Sequence record: ON528735
Length of the DNA: 64,000 nt
From: Shigella phage ESh25
Direction: 5' to 3' (one strand)
A program made the position numbers and the translations under genes. The notes below the pieces were generated by a model. That model saw only the letters and a program-made list of their open reading frames with translations, was not told the origin of the DNA and made no database searches. Within the stretch, counting starts at the first letter, position 1. Each line of letters starts with the position of its first letter. This document shows, one piece after another, positions 20,707-30,917 of this stretch.

Positions 20707-20893
20707 AGTAATCTAGTGGTAAGAGAGTACGATATATTTCAAACTTTGGTCCTTTTTCATAGGCATCAAATGTTTCTGTAAATTTATTATAAGCGTATGC
20801 ATCTACAAATTCGAGAATGACTTGTGATACAGAAGTAGAAACATCTCCACCTTCTTTTTGAGCAATGACAATTGTTTCTAAGTAAGCTTTCAT
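20705..20893 (-). CDS. Hypothetical small protein
   Basis: 62 aa ORF; start overlaps the ligase stop. Confidence 0.5.
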   Translation of the reverse strand: MKAYLETIVIAQKEGGDVSTSVSQVILEFVDAYAYNKFTETFDAYEKGPKFEIYRTLLPLDY

Positions 20894-22353
20894 AAACCAG
20901 TTACCTCATGAAAATCACCAAATACATCCTCGAATGTATTAGCTTTAGTTTTATCTTCACGTAAACGAATCGCAATCGGAAGAAATAATTTAACGTAATC
21001 AGTGCGGCCATCAGATTTTAACCAACCGTTGCATTCGCACTCTAGAATTTTTCCAATATAATAATTTTGGTTTTCCATAATGCGAGTACGGTCAAGTTCA
21101 TGTGATTTTACGCCGGCTTTGTCTTTTAAGCCTGAACCAGCATTTACCTTAATTTTTCCACACTCTGACTCAAGAATAAATCCACCCGCTTTAGTAGGGT
21201 CTTTACGGTGAGGATAAATTCCTACAATTTTTAAATCAACATCAATTACTTCTTTAAATTTATAAAGATTTTTTGAACGAGCATTTTCCCATAATCCATC
21301 GATATTTTTGAGAATAATACCTTCAAGACCTTGGTCAATATACTTTTTATAAATTACCTTAGCTTCATCTAGGTTATTTACTACCTGGTTTTCAATTAAA
21401 ATTACTTTATCATAACCTGATGTCATTTGTTCTAGTTTAGAAAAACGTACATCATATTTCAAACGAAATGCAGGAAGACCGTATATTTCTACCAACGGGA
21501 CATAATCCCAAACCTGAAACTTCATGCATTGAGCTTCTTTTTCAGAAATGGTTCCTTTTAAGGATTTATTGGCGATTCCATTAGAAGTAGTACGAGATTC
21601 CGCTACTTCGGCGAATTCTTTAGCTTTACTAATTTCAGGATAAGCATTAAAAAGAAAATCTAGGCCTTCTGGTTCCTTTTTAACTTGCTCATGGTATACC
21701 AATTCGCCATCAATTAACACACCTTCTGGATGAATCTGGCGGGCTTCAGCAGTCATTTTGATTAACTCTTCCTTAAGAAGATCTAATCCTAGATATTCAT
21801 TACCAGCTCGTGATAAAAGACGAACATCATCTAATTCATCGCCTCGGACTTCAGCAAAACACCGGGCTCCATCTGCTTTTAACTGCGCAAAGGCTGGAAA
21901 CTTGATATTCTTACTAATGCCCTTTTCATCATAAGAACTTGCCAGCATTTGAGGTTGTTCAGGAATTAAACCTGGCCAAACTTTGTTTGCAATAGATACT
22001 GAAGCACCGCATTCAAGGTCTCGCATCATCACTCGACGCAAAACTTCAACATCATCCTTTTTACCATCAGTGATATATCCAGTTAATTCCTCAATTGCAG
22101 CATTTCCAGTCAATTTCCGAGTAGCTAACGTGAATTCAATGAAATCAAGCATATCGGTAATGGTCAGCATTCCAAAACTCTGGGTAGCAATACCAGGTTT
22201 AGGCCATTTCTTGATATAATACTGTAACCCACGAGAATAAGTCAGACGATATACTCGTTTAAGCAATTCATTATCTTTATTCTTTTCAAGAATTGCTTGC
22301 TTCTGCTTAGTTGATCCAATAGATGCTATTTCATTCAGAATTTTAAGAATCAT
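20890..22353 (-). CDS. 30: ATP-dependent DNA ligase gp30
   Basis: 487 aa as T4 ligase; adenylation motif AQLKADGARC. Confidence 0.95.
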   Translation of the reverse strand: MILKILNEIASIGSTKQKQAILEKNKDNELLKRVYRLTYSRGLQYYIKKWPKPGIATQSFGMLTITDMLDFIEFTLATRKLTGNAAIEELTGYITDGKKDDVEVLRRVMMRDLECGASVSIANKVWPGLIPEQPQMLASSYDEKGISKNIKFPAFAQLKADGARCFAEVRGDELDDVRLLSRAGNEYLGLDLLKEELIKMTAEARQIHPEGVLIDGELVYHEQVKKEPEGLDFLFNAYPEISKAKEFAEVAESRTTSNGIANKSLKGTISEKEAQCMKFQVWDYVPLVEIYGLPAFRLKYDVRFSKLEQMTSGYDKVILIENQVVNNLDEAKVIYKKYIDQGLEGIILKNIDGLWENARSKNLYKFKEVIDVDLKIVGIYPHRKDPTKAGGFILESECGKIKVNAGSGLKDKAGVKSHELDRTRIMENQNYYIGKILECECNGWLKSDGRTDYVKLFLPIAIRLREDKTKANTFEDVFGDFHEVTGL

Positions 22354-22619
22354 TGTTCATCCTTCAGAGTTTGATTTACAGCTCTATTATAAATCAATTC
22401 ATCATTAAGCTCAGTTAAAGACCTATGATATGTAGTTCTAACTTTATTTCCTTGCATCCAGTGCTTGATATAAATGAAACCTTGCTCTACACATTTTTTA
22501 AAAATTCGTTCGTCTTTTTGAGCTCGGAATTCTGGATTGCATCTAAAGAATTGATTTACGTGACCGTAATCACGCGTAGTATTACCTTCATTTTCATAAA
22601 TAGTGTGAACGACAAACAT
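22350..22619 (-). CDS. Hypothetical protein (30.1 position)
   Basis: 89 aa; overlaps the gene 30 start. Confidence 0.6.
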   Translation of the reverse strand: MFVVHTIYENEGNTTRDYGHVNQFFRCNPEFRAQKDERIFKKCVEQGFIYIKHWMQGNKVRTTYHRSLTELNDELIYNRAVNQTLKDEQ

Positions 22620-23458
22620 TAGAATGCTCCTTGGAAAATATTATCACCACAAGTAGGTCTATTATACAAATACTCTATGCCACCAGGTTTAATATAGTTC
22701 CATGTCTGAAACGGATGTGTCTGATATGGATGATATAGATGATTATAAGGATTAAACCCAGGAGTTCTCCAGGTAGTGTTCCAAGGAAAAGAATCATTTT
22801 TAATCATCTTTTCAATTACATCTTTTATAGCTTTTTCACTATCAAAACTTTCTTTATTTTCCTTCGGTGAAAAAAGTTTATTTTCTACATCATTCCATGT
22901 ATAAACTCGCTGCGCAGTTTTTGGAATATTGTCACGCTCTCCTCGAGCCATCCAATAAACAGGAACATTTAATATTTCACTCGCATGATCGCAATGATGC
23001 GCGAGATCGTCAATATAACAAATTACGTTATATTTCTCTTTTGCCTTTTTGAACAACTCTTCTTTTGAAGAATCATGACCACACATCAATACTTCTGAGA
23101 AGGCACCAGGAAAAAGAGCATTCAAATTAAATTGACGATTTAGCAGAGCGTCAATAGAATCACCCAATGCTGTAACAGCTACAAAATTATAATCTTCTTT
23201 TAATTTGTTAATTACACACAGGGCATCTTTATACGGAGACAAATAGCGAATAAAATCTGAACGATTATACTTTTCGATTAATTTAACACCAAGTTCTTCA
23301 TCGCAATTAAAGAGCTTACCAGGAGAAATAAATTTTTCGTCCTGAATCATTTTTAAAATATGTTCCAACGGAAGATTATATTTTTGGGCAAAATAAGGAA
23401 GACCTGATTGCCAGCTTAAACATACACCATCAATATCAGTCAAAATAGTAGGCTTCAT
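22619..23458 (-). CDS. HAD-superfamily-like putative phosphatase/nucleotidase (30.2 position)
   Basis: 279 aa; N-terminal LTDIDGV matches HAD motif I (DxDGx). Confidence 0.65.
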   Translation of the reverse strand: MKPTILTDIDGVCLSWQSGLPYFAQKYNLPLEHILKMIQDEKFISPGKLFNCDEELGVKLIEKYNRSDFIRYLSPYKDALCVINKLKEDYNFVAVTALGDSIDALLNRQFNLNALFPGAFSEVLMCGHDSSKEELFKKAKEKYNVICYIDDLAHHCDHASEILNVPVYWMARGERDNIPKTAQRVYTWNDVENKLFSPKENKESFDSEKAIKDVIEKMIKNDSFPWNTTWRTPGFNPYNHLYHPYQTHPFQTWNYIKPGGIEYLYNRPTCGDNIFQGAF

Positions 23459-23919
23459 AGAGAGTCTCTTAATAGGTTTAACACATCAATAAATTCAGCT
23501 TCGGTTAGTATTGTATCATCTTTTGTTAGACTACTAGCCATGCTGTGCTTCAAAACTTTTCCTTTCGAGGCTTGTAATGCATCACGAAAGCCCTTGTTTT
23601 GAATCGCTGCCTCAAAATACGCATTTGTGTATAATTCTTTCCACGCTGTAGAGTATCTTGAAAACGGAACTCCGAGCCAGAAGAGGGTCCCACGGTCCTG
23701 AGCTCTAGCATAAGACCTTCCAGCTTGTTGGGCGGCAAGCCCGGATAACCCAAATACACGACGCTGCTGTTCAACATTTTTCACCTTACATCCTTGGAGG
23801 AATCCTTCGAGACCTCCAAATTGGATACCATCCATAACAAAAGGCCATTGGGCGAAATTACTTAATGCGCATGATGGCCATTTAAAATTGCTTCTAATCT
23901 CTAACTCAGACATTTTCAA
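23455..23919 (-). CDS. NADAR/YbiA-like domain protein (30.3 position)
   Basis: 154 aa; SNFAQWPF resembles the conserved NADAR (DUF1768) segment of E. coli YbiA. Confidence 0.7.
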   Translation of the reverse strand: MKMSELEIRSNFKWPSCALSNFAQWPFVMDGIQFGGLEGFLQGCKVKNVEQQRRVFGLSGLAAQQAGRSYARAQDRGTLFWLGVPFSRYSTAWKELYTNAYFEAAIQNKGFRDALQASKGKVLKHSMASSLTKDDTILTEAEFIDVLNLLRDSL

Positions 23920-24112
23920 TACTTATAATTTCAACATCAGCCCAATGACCATAGCAAGGAAGACGAAATTCAACTGGCCAGTTAGGGTCCTTTTCTAATA
24001 TAATAGACTGAACTTGTGGCTCTTCATATTCATCGGTATACGGACCTTTATACGTTACTTTATATGTGACCTTAATATACTGAATTCCAAAAATCTTATT
24101 AATTATATTCAT
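23906..24112 (-). CDS. Hypothetical protein (30.4 position)
   Basis: 68 aa ORF in the co-directional cluster. Confidence 0.55.
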   Translation of the reverse strand: MNIINKIFGIQYIKVTYKVTYKGPYTDEYEEPQVQSIILEKDPNWPVEFRLPCYGHWADVEIISIENV

Positions 24113-24306
24113 ACTAATTCCTTTAATCCGTAAATAGGAGATAATTCATCGCCCATACGAAGGTCTTCATTTCCATCTACCCAGGAAACAATATAAGCCT
24201 CTTTTATTTGAATACCACTCCATTTAAATGGAGGTAGAACCTTAGAAATTAATCCAGGTATACCAACTCCCTTTAATTCAACAGTTTGACCTAAAAAGAA
24301 TTTCAT
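24109..24306 (-). CDS. Hypothetical protein (30.5 position)
   Basis: 65 aa ORF, overlapping neighbours. Confidence 0.55.
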   Translation of the reverse strand: MKFFLGQTVELKGVGIPGLISKVLPPFKWSGIQIKEAYIVSWVDGNEDLRMGDELSPIYGLKELV

Positions 24307-24644
24307 TAGAACCTCATCTGAAAACCGTGCGATTTAACATTACCGCCACCAATATCAGAGATATTAATTTCGCGCGCAATTGAAGGGTCAATGTCAATTT
24401 CACGATTGAGTTTAGTGATAGCTAAAGTATCGCGCCCATTTACAGTACGGAACTCTAAAGGGCAGACTACATTAACGTAGTTTTTAATCGATTCACTGGT
24501 AGGTTGCAAATGAGCAGGAAGGTCTTTAGGCGCCTTTGAGAAAACAACTTCACAGAAATTTTTGCGGGTATCAAAATAAGTAGTCATAAACATAATATTT
24601 TCCTCAGTAAGGGGCCGAAGCCCCTGTTTTATTTTAAATATCAA
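24306..24644 (-). CDS. Hypothetical protein (30.6 position)
   Basis: Track ORF is 112 aa; true start is probably the internal Met near 24593, after a GAGGAA RBS and an intergenic hairpin. Confidence 0.55.
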   Translation of the reverse strand: MIFKIKQGLRPLTEENIMFMTTYFDTRKNFCEVVFSKAPKDLPAHLQPTSESIKNYVNVVCPLEFRTVNGRDTLAITKLNREIDIDPSIAREINISDIGGGNVKSHGFQMRF

Positions 24645-24999
24645 ATTCGTTAAGAACTACATCAAAGATTGCTTCAAGATGCTCAGGTTTAGCTCTGTTA
24701 CTCAGAATATGACGAATCCAAGTTTTAACCAAAAGCTTGCGATTATCACCATTCCAGCAAGGATGAGTCCCTAAATCGCGTTGACGAAAATCATCATCCA
24801 GAGCGATTTTGAAGTTTGAACCTTCCATTGTGATTGAAACCGTGATGCCATTTTCAAATCGCATATAAACGTAGTTAGGAGTCATATACTGTTCAATTTC
24901 GCATACTGATCCATTTTGATGTTTCCAAAGGCAGATAGTATCAATAGAACCTGCAATACCATTAGAAACATATTTACGTTCAAAGTTGATGTAGTTCAT
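24634..24999 (-). CDS. Hypothetical protein (30.7 position)
   Basis: 121 aa; early promoter immediately upstream. Confidence 0.6.
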   Translation of the reverse strand: MNYINFERKYVSNGIAGSIDTICLWKHQNGSVCEIEQYMTPNYVYMRFENGITVSITMEGSNFKIALDDDFRQRDLGTHPCWNGDNRKLLVKTWIRHILSNRAKPEHLEAIFDVVLNEFDI

Positions 25000-25029
25000 T
25001 TTTATTCTCCGAGATGTTTAATTGCGGTA

Positions 25030-25068
25030 CAGGTATATAATATCATATCCTGTACCAAAGTAAACAAT
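25030..25068 (-). promoter_or_regulatory. Early promoter upstream of the 30.7-position gene
   Basis: Minus strand GTTTAC, spacer, GATATTAT; 8-bp inverted repeat ggtacagg/cctgtacc brackets the -10. Confidence 0.5.
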
Positions 25069-25400
25069 TATTTTACTACTTTCCAGTGCTTCATGTCAAG
25101 TTTACCAACTTTTTTCATCTTCTCAATTAAGCGTTCGGCACGTTGGCGAGCTGTAACATAATACCATTCGCCTAATTCATTTTGTTCAATTTTTCCAACG
25201 ATTACTGTATTCAATTCATAAATCCAACCAGTAAAGAAATTATGAACTTGAATTGTAAAGGTGAAATCTGTTCCCATACCTTCTGTTGTTTCTACTTCAA
25301 TAATATCACCTTCAACTGCCATTAAGAACCACATAGTTTCATCATATTTACCATTGAAGCATTTAGTTTTAACTGTAGCGTTCAGATTAATCGTTTTCAT
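25068..25400 (-). CDS. Hypothetical protein (30.8 position)
   Basis: 110 aa; early promoter immediately upstream. Confidence 0.6.
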   Translation of the reverse strand: MKTINLNATVKTKCFNGKYDETMWFLMAVEGDIIEVETTEGMGTDFTFTIQVHNFFTGWIYELNTVIVGKIEQNELGEWYYVTARQRAERLIEKMKKVGKLDMKHWKVVK

Positions 25401-25419
25401 TTTATTCTCCTTTGTTTGT

Positions 25420-25460
25420 GTAAGATAATACTATCACAAAGGAACCATACTGTAAACAAC
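25420..25460 (-). promoter_or_regulatory. Early promoter upstream of the 30.8-position gene
   Basis: Minus strand GTTTAC, spacer, GATAGTAT. Confidence 0.5.
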
Positions 25461-25485
25461 TTTATGCAATCTTTGGAAAATAAAA

Positions 25486-25508
25486 AAGGACTCCCGAAGG
25501 AGTCCTCA
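25486..25508 (-). terminator. Terminator after the 30.9-position gene
   Basis: ggactcc-cgaa-ggagtcc hairpin followed by a U-run on the minus strand. Confidence 0.6.
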
Positions 25509-25510
25509 AC

Positions 25511-25687
25511 TTATGCTTTCTGCTTACCAAAACGAGAAGCATCATCTCGAAGAACCGCACGTGCTCGGCGCATGATCTTCTCAACAGTTTGATTGATACG
25601 AGAGTTCGACCCACGCTTGTAGCCAGCGCGTTTAGAATCACCAACTTTCTTTTCAACTGCTTTCTTTGCTTTAGCTTGTTTTGCCAT
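25511..25687 (-). CDS. Small highly basic protein (30.9 position)
   Basis: About 58 aa from internal ATG (MAKQAKAKKAVEKK...), Lys/Arg rich; followed by a terminator hairpin. Confidence 0.5.
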   Translation of the reverse strand: MAKQAKAKKAVEKKVGDSKRAGYKRGSNSRINQTVEKIMRRARAVLRDDASRFGKQKA

Positions 25688-25977
25688 TATAAATTCTCTT
25701 TTAAATGAAAATGCAGGACTTATTGGCATTGCCTGCGCAAGCCCTCAAGGGGAACATAGGTTTTTGGATATTTAACGACCAGGATAACCATAAACCTCGT
25801 CAACATACCACCAAGACTTACACAGATAACACTTTTCTGACGCATGATAGTAACATTCAAGAGGTACACCGTAAAACTGCCGGGGTCTTAAAACTATAAT
25901 GATTCGCAAATCATTAATCAGACAGTTCGACGGCTCCTCGATTTTAGCTCACACTAAGGCAGTGAATCTCCAATAAA

Positions 25978-26226
25978 TTACTTCAGTGTTACCACAAAGT
26001 GACGAACTGCTTTTCGTGCAGCAGAAGCCAGAGGCTTAGCATACTTAAGTTCATCTTTTTCCTGAAGCTCAGCAGCTAATGCAGTTTGAGCAGGATTCAG
26101 ATGTTTGAAATAACGCAGAATTTCAAGAGCTTCGGCTTCAACATCAATAGATGCGCCATAGTTTTCGTGACCATTATTCCATGCGTTTCGTTGCAGTTCA
26201 AGAGCGTGTTGTAATTGTTTAATCAT
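25978..26226 (-). CDS. rIII: rIII lysis-inhibition accessory protein
   Basis: 82 aa as T4 rIII; position upstream of gene 31. Confidence 0.85.
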   Translation of the reverse strand: MIKQLQHALELQRNAWNNGHENYGASIDVEAEALEILRYFKHLNPAQTALAAELQEKDELKYAKPLASAARKAVRHFVVTLK

Positions 26227-26373
26227 TTAAAAATTCTCGTTAGAGATTAAAACTCGGTAGTCACGTTCTTCTGAATTTCATCTTCTTTCGACAGATCTCT
26301 CAGTTGTAGACTACCACATAGAATTGTTCGGTTAACTTATTATTCCGACACCCAATTCATATTATTATTTATA

Positions 26374-26709
26374 TCACTTATAAAGACACGGAATAGCTTT
26401 ATAGTGACAGGTAACGAATTTTTGTTTAATTTCTTTTGGCTGCTTAAGACCCAGAGCTACAAAAGGATGCGGAACATTTCGAATTTGACCAACTGGAAGA
26501 GAAGTCAAATCACCAACTTCGCAGAAACCTTCAGGAACATCAGGACCGACAGAGTGAACTACACACAGTTCAGGAACTTCACCTTGAACACGTTTACCGA
26601 TAATAAGTCCTGATTCTGTAACTTCTTCATCACCGGCTTGTGCGGGTTCAGAAACTAAAATAACATATTCACCGACAGCACGAATTGGTAGCTGTTGTAC
26701 TTCAGACAT
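26374..26709 (-). CDS. 31: gp31 co-chaperonin (GroES analogue)
   Basis: 111 aa as T4 gp31; synteny. Confidence 0.9.
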
Positions 26710-26765
26710 CGTTTTTCCTTTTTGTTAACAGATGAATTAATAATAACAAATAATTCTTAAAGCAT

Positions 26766-27074
26766 TTATTTACCAATAAATTGGAGTAAATGCTCAACTT
26801 TCATACCATTAACAGAAATCAATTTGTTAATAGAAAAACCTCGCCACTCGCCAAGCTCAACATCAAATACTGGAATCATATCAGTAGATTCTTTCCGAGT
26901 AGATTCAGTCAATTTACCGGTTTGCATTGTTGGCATAAAGTCTGCATCACGAGTACCTTTCATGGTACGAATAGTACCATCAGACTTTTCAAAAACCACG
27001 TTTGAAATACCCATGGACAATTTAGTTTTCAAAATTTCACGAATTGCTACTTTCTGCTCAGTTGTCAGTTTCAT
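26766..27074 (-). CDS. Hypothetical protein (31.1 position)
   Basis: 102 aa ORF. Confidence 0.6.
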   Translation of the reverse strand: MKLTTEQKVAIREILKTKLSMGISNVVFEKSDGTIRTMKGTRDADFMPTMQTGKLTESTRKESTDMIPVFDVELGEWRGFSINKLISVNGMKVEHLLQFIGK

Positions 27075-27311
27075 TTATTTACCTATTACAGTTTTAATAT
27101 GGGTTGTTCCACGTTCTTTAAGAGTGGAAAGCAATTTTTGGCATTTTTCTAAATCAGATTTCCAACTATATGGTCTATCAATACTAGTCCAATCAGTTTT
27201 ATAATACTGTTTCCATTTAGAGAAAAAATATTTCTTATACTCTACAGCAAACGAGATGTTCTCATTAGAATAAGAACTAATTGCTGTGAGTTGTACCAAA
27301 CGAAATTTCAT
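27075..27311 (-). CDS. Hypothetical protein (31.2 position)
   Basis: 78 aa ORF abutting cd. Confidence 0.6.
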   Translation of the reverse strand: MKFRLVQLTAISSYSNENISFAVEYKKYFFSKWKQYYKTDWTSIDRPYSWKSDLEKCQKLLSTLKERGTTHIKTVIGK

Positions 27312-27892
27312 TATTCACCACAGAATTCGTTGATATTTTCCCAGTTTAACTTATTCAAGTTTTTCTTAGGAACATTAAACACTTCAATACCTGCATTTCG
27401 CAGAATATCATCCCAGCCAGGTTTATTTTTATCATATGTTTCGCAATAAACCAGCTTTTTAATACCAGATTGAGCTATCGCTTTTGCACAATCTGGACAA
27501 GGAGAAAGTGTTACATACATAGTAGCACCTTCAATAGAAGAGCCATTTCGTGCAGCAAACAAAATCGCATTTAGTTCAGCATGAATTTCATTTTTAGACG
27601 ACCATTCAGAGTGAGCGCTCCGGTGTTCTTTTGCCAAGACAAAGCGATCAGTTGAACCAAATGATACGCATTCAGGCTTATGGCCTTGAATGATAGTATG
27701 TTTAGGCTTATTCAACAACCAACCTTGCTCAGCAGCATAATCACAACAGTTCACACCACCAGCAGGTGAACCATTATATCCGGTAGAAATAATACGTCCA
27801 TTCTTTTCAATTACTGCTCCTACCTTCCAGGAGCAACATTTTGATTCCTGGGATACTAAATATGCAATTTGAAGTACTGTACTCGCTTTCAT
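27311..27892 (-). CDS. cd: dCMP deaminase
   Basis: 193 aa as T4 Cd; zinc-binding HAELNA and PCPDCA motifs. Confidence 0.95.
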   Translation of the reverse strand: MKASTVLQIAYLVSQESKCCSWKVGAVIEKNGRIISTGYNGSPAGGVNCCDYAAEQGWLLNKPKHTIIQGHKPECVSFGSTDRFVLAKEHRSAHSEWSSKNEIHAELNAILFAARNGSSIEGATMYVTLSPCPDCAKAIAQSGIKKLVYCETYDKNKPGWDDILRNAGIEVFNVPKKNLNKLNWENINEFCGE

Positions 27893-28227
27893 TTCATAAT
27901 CACCAGATAAGCAGATTTAGCAGTTTCAACACGATAAATTTCGTGACGAAGTTTAGTTATACTTTTAATAACAGAACTAATTATATTCTGCCCATCTTTA
28001 AAGCGGTTTTTCTTATCAATAAAAATTGCACCAGCCATCTTTTTGTGAAGCTCAACTGGATACTTCGTCACAATAATAGCATCATACACAGAAGGATGAA
28101 TACTATTTACTAGAGTGTCATTCATTAAAGTTATTCTAATGAACTGTGCTGTTTCAGAGTCAAGCGCTCTATGATCGCCAGTATCATTTTCAAGACAATT
28201 ATCAATTATATCAGTTAAATTCATCAT
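27889..28227 (-). CDS. Hypothetical protein (cd.1 position)
   Basis: 112 aa; overlaps the cd start. Confidence 0.6.
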   Translation of the reverse strand: MMNLTDIIDNCLENDTGDHRALDSETAQFIRITLMNDTLVNSIHPSVYDAIIVTKYPVELHKKMAGAIFIDKKNRFKDGQNIISSVIKSITKLRHEIYRVETAKSAYLVIMK

Positions 28228-28463
28228 AGTACGCCATACACCCTTTGTGCTTCAACTAATCCATCAAAATCCAGTTTAAGATGCGATATTTGATCGCCAT
28301 CACCTGGATTCACAATTACTAATACTGAACGAGGAGTTTCGGTAATAACACGAACCGATGTTTCAGGAAATCGTTCAGAAACCTTATTTACCAATTCCTG
28401 TGCAAATAGCTTAACTTTTTCTTGGAATTCTTTAACAGTAATCGGTTTTTCACTTAGCAGCAT
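28224..28463 (-). CDS. Hypothetical protein (cd.2 position)
   Basis: 79 aa; early promoter upstream. Confidence 0.6.
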   Translation of the reverse strand: MLLSEKPITVKEFQEKVKLFAQELVNKVSERFPETSVRVITETPRSVLVIVNPGDGDQISHLKLDFDGLVEAQRVYGVL

Positions 28464-28487
28464 TTTGTTTTCCTCATTTGTTTGGTA

Positions 28488-28525
28488 GAGCTATAATATC
28501 ACAACTCTACCGTAAAGTAAACTAT
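28488..28525 (-). promoter_or_regulatory. Early promoter upstream of cd.2
   Basis: Minus strand GTTTAC, spacer, GATATTAT; inverted repeat ggtagag/ctctacc brackets the -10. Confidence 0.5.
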
Positions 28526-28830
28526 TAAATTGCTTTGAATTCTGCTGTCTGCGATTCAAAGCGAATGTCGCCTTTGATAACTAACTCAGCATCAAGACCG
28601 AATACGACAATGATATGCGCGGAACCTGGATACAGCGTAATGGCAACAGAATCCACTTGGTCTGGAAGCAAAGTGTTCAATACATGAGTCACTTGAGCAT
28701 GGATTCGAAGTTCGGCTGCGTTATCAAGCTTTTCAAACATGTTATTAGCGATAATTTGACTAAACACTACTTCTACGATTTTAGAATAAGTCGGAAACAT
28801 ATTTACCTCACATAATTTTCTTCGAGCCAA
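28525..28830 (-). CDS. Hypothetical protein (cd.3 position)
   Basis: 101 aa ORF. Confidence 0.55.
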   Translation of the reverse strand: MARRKLCEVNMFPTYSKIVEVVFSQIIANNMFEKLDNAAELRIHAQVTHVLNTLLPDQVDSVAITLYPGSAHIIVVFGLDAELVIKGDIRFESQTAEFKAI

Positions 28831-29003
28831 TCAATAACATCCAACGCATTATCAAAAGTTGAACCATCTACTTTGTCTTCTGTTTCATAATCAAGAACAT
28901 CTAAACCTACTCTTCCATCAACAATAGGCCATAAACAAAATAGATATTTCTTTTCTTTTTCAATTTTATCACAAAGACGATAAATCTTTTCTATGTTATT
29001 CAT
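28803..29003 (-). CDS. Hypothetical acidic protein (cd.4 position)
   Basis: 66 aa ORF. Confidence 0.55.
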   Translation of the reverse strand: MNNIEKIYRLCDKIEKEKKYLFCLWPIVDGRVGLDVLDYETEDKVDGSTFDNALDVIDWLEENYVR

Positions 29004-29189
29004 AAGTTTTCCATGGTAAAGGCAGTTTAGTTTTCTTTACTGTTAGTTCAACATCAGGATTCTTTTCTCTTAATTTAAGGCATTCCTCCCAAGCTCTGAT
29101 TTCACTAGTGAATACACAAAATTGCCCATTACTAGTACCGACTAAACCACTATTTACAATAATAGCCCAAGTTTCATGATGCCATGCCA

Positions 29190-29190
<1 letters not shown>
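28996..29190 (-). CDS. Hypothetical protein (cd.5 position)
   Basis: 64 aa ORF. Confidence 0.55.
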
Positions 29191-30390
<1,200 letters not shown>

Positions 30391-30394
<4 letters not shown>

Positions 30395-30621
30395 TTATTT
30401 TTCTCAACTAATGATTGAATATAATCATGCAGGTCTTTAGATGCTTTACCCCACTTATTTTGATATTCATTTTTGAGATTAGCACGGGATTGAGCTAATA
30501 AAACATCATTAGTTGGAGGTAAAGATTCTAACCGCTGAATCTGGCGTCCATAAATCATTGCAGCCATCTCGGATTCATAAATCAATCCTTTGAGATGTTC
30601 AAATTGATGCCATGAAATCAT
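30391..30621 (-). CDS. Hypothetical protein
   Basis: 76 aa ORF overlapping neighbours. Confidence 0.55.
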
Positions 30622-30917
30622 TTACATTTATCCTCTTTTAACTCTTGACGATAATAACATATCATAGTTTTTTGGTCATGTACATATCGTTTTACATCAT
30701 TAAGCCAAATACGAAATTCCTGGGAATCTTCAAATGGCATACCGACCCAAGCTTTACCATCAATAACTTTAACTTGCCAAGATAGTTTAGCTTCATCATA
30801 TGACTTTATCTGTACAGGCCAATTAGGATGAACTGTTTCTTTCTTTACTTCTAGAGGCTTTGTCGAACAACCAGCTAGAAGACCGATAGATAATATTACT
30901 GCTGATAGTCTAATCAT
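30618..30917 (-). CDS. Outer-membrane spanin (lipoprotein, Rz1-like)
   Basis: 99 aa; signal peptide with lipobox LLAGC; directly downstream of the i-spanin-like gene. Confidence 0.7.
   Translation of the reverse strand: MIRLSAVILSIGLLAGCSTKPLEVKKETVHPNWPVQIKSYDEAKLSWQVKVIDGKAWVGMPFEDSQEFRIWLNDVKRYVHDQKTMICYYRQELKEDKCK

Noticed and set aside
23550-23777. 75-aa ORF inside the 30.3-position gene in an alternative frame, as a separate gene
   Set aside because: I cannot tell from sequence alone whether it is translated; it is mentioned under the 30.3 finding rather than listed as a feature.
25705-25899. Plus-strand 64-aa ORF in the rIII downstream region
   Set aside because: Opposite to all local transcription and without an RBS; the region is better explained as a minus-strand promoter and leader.
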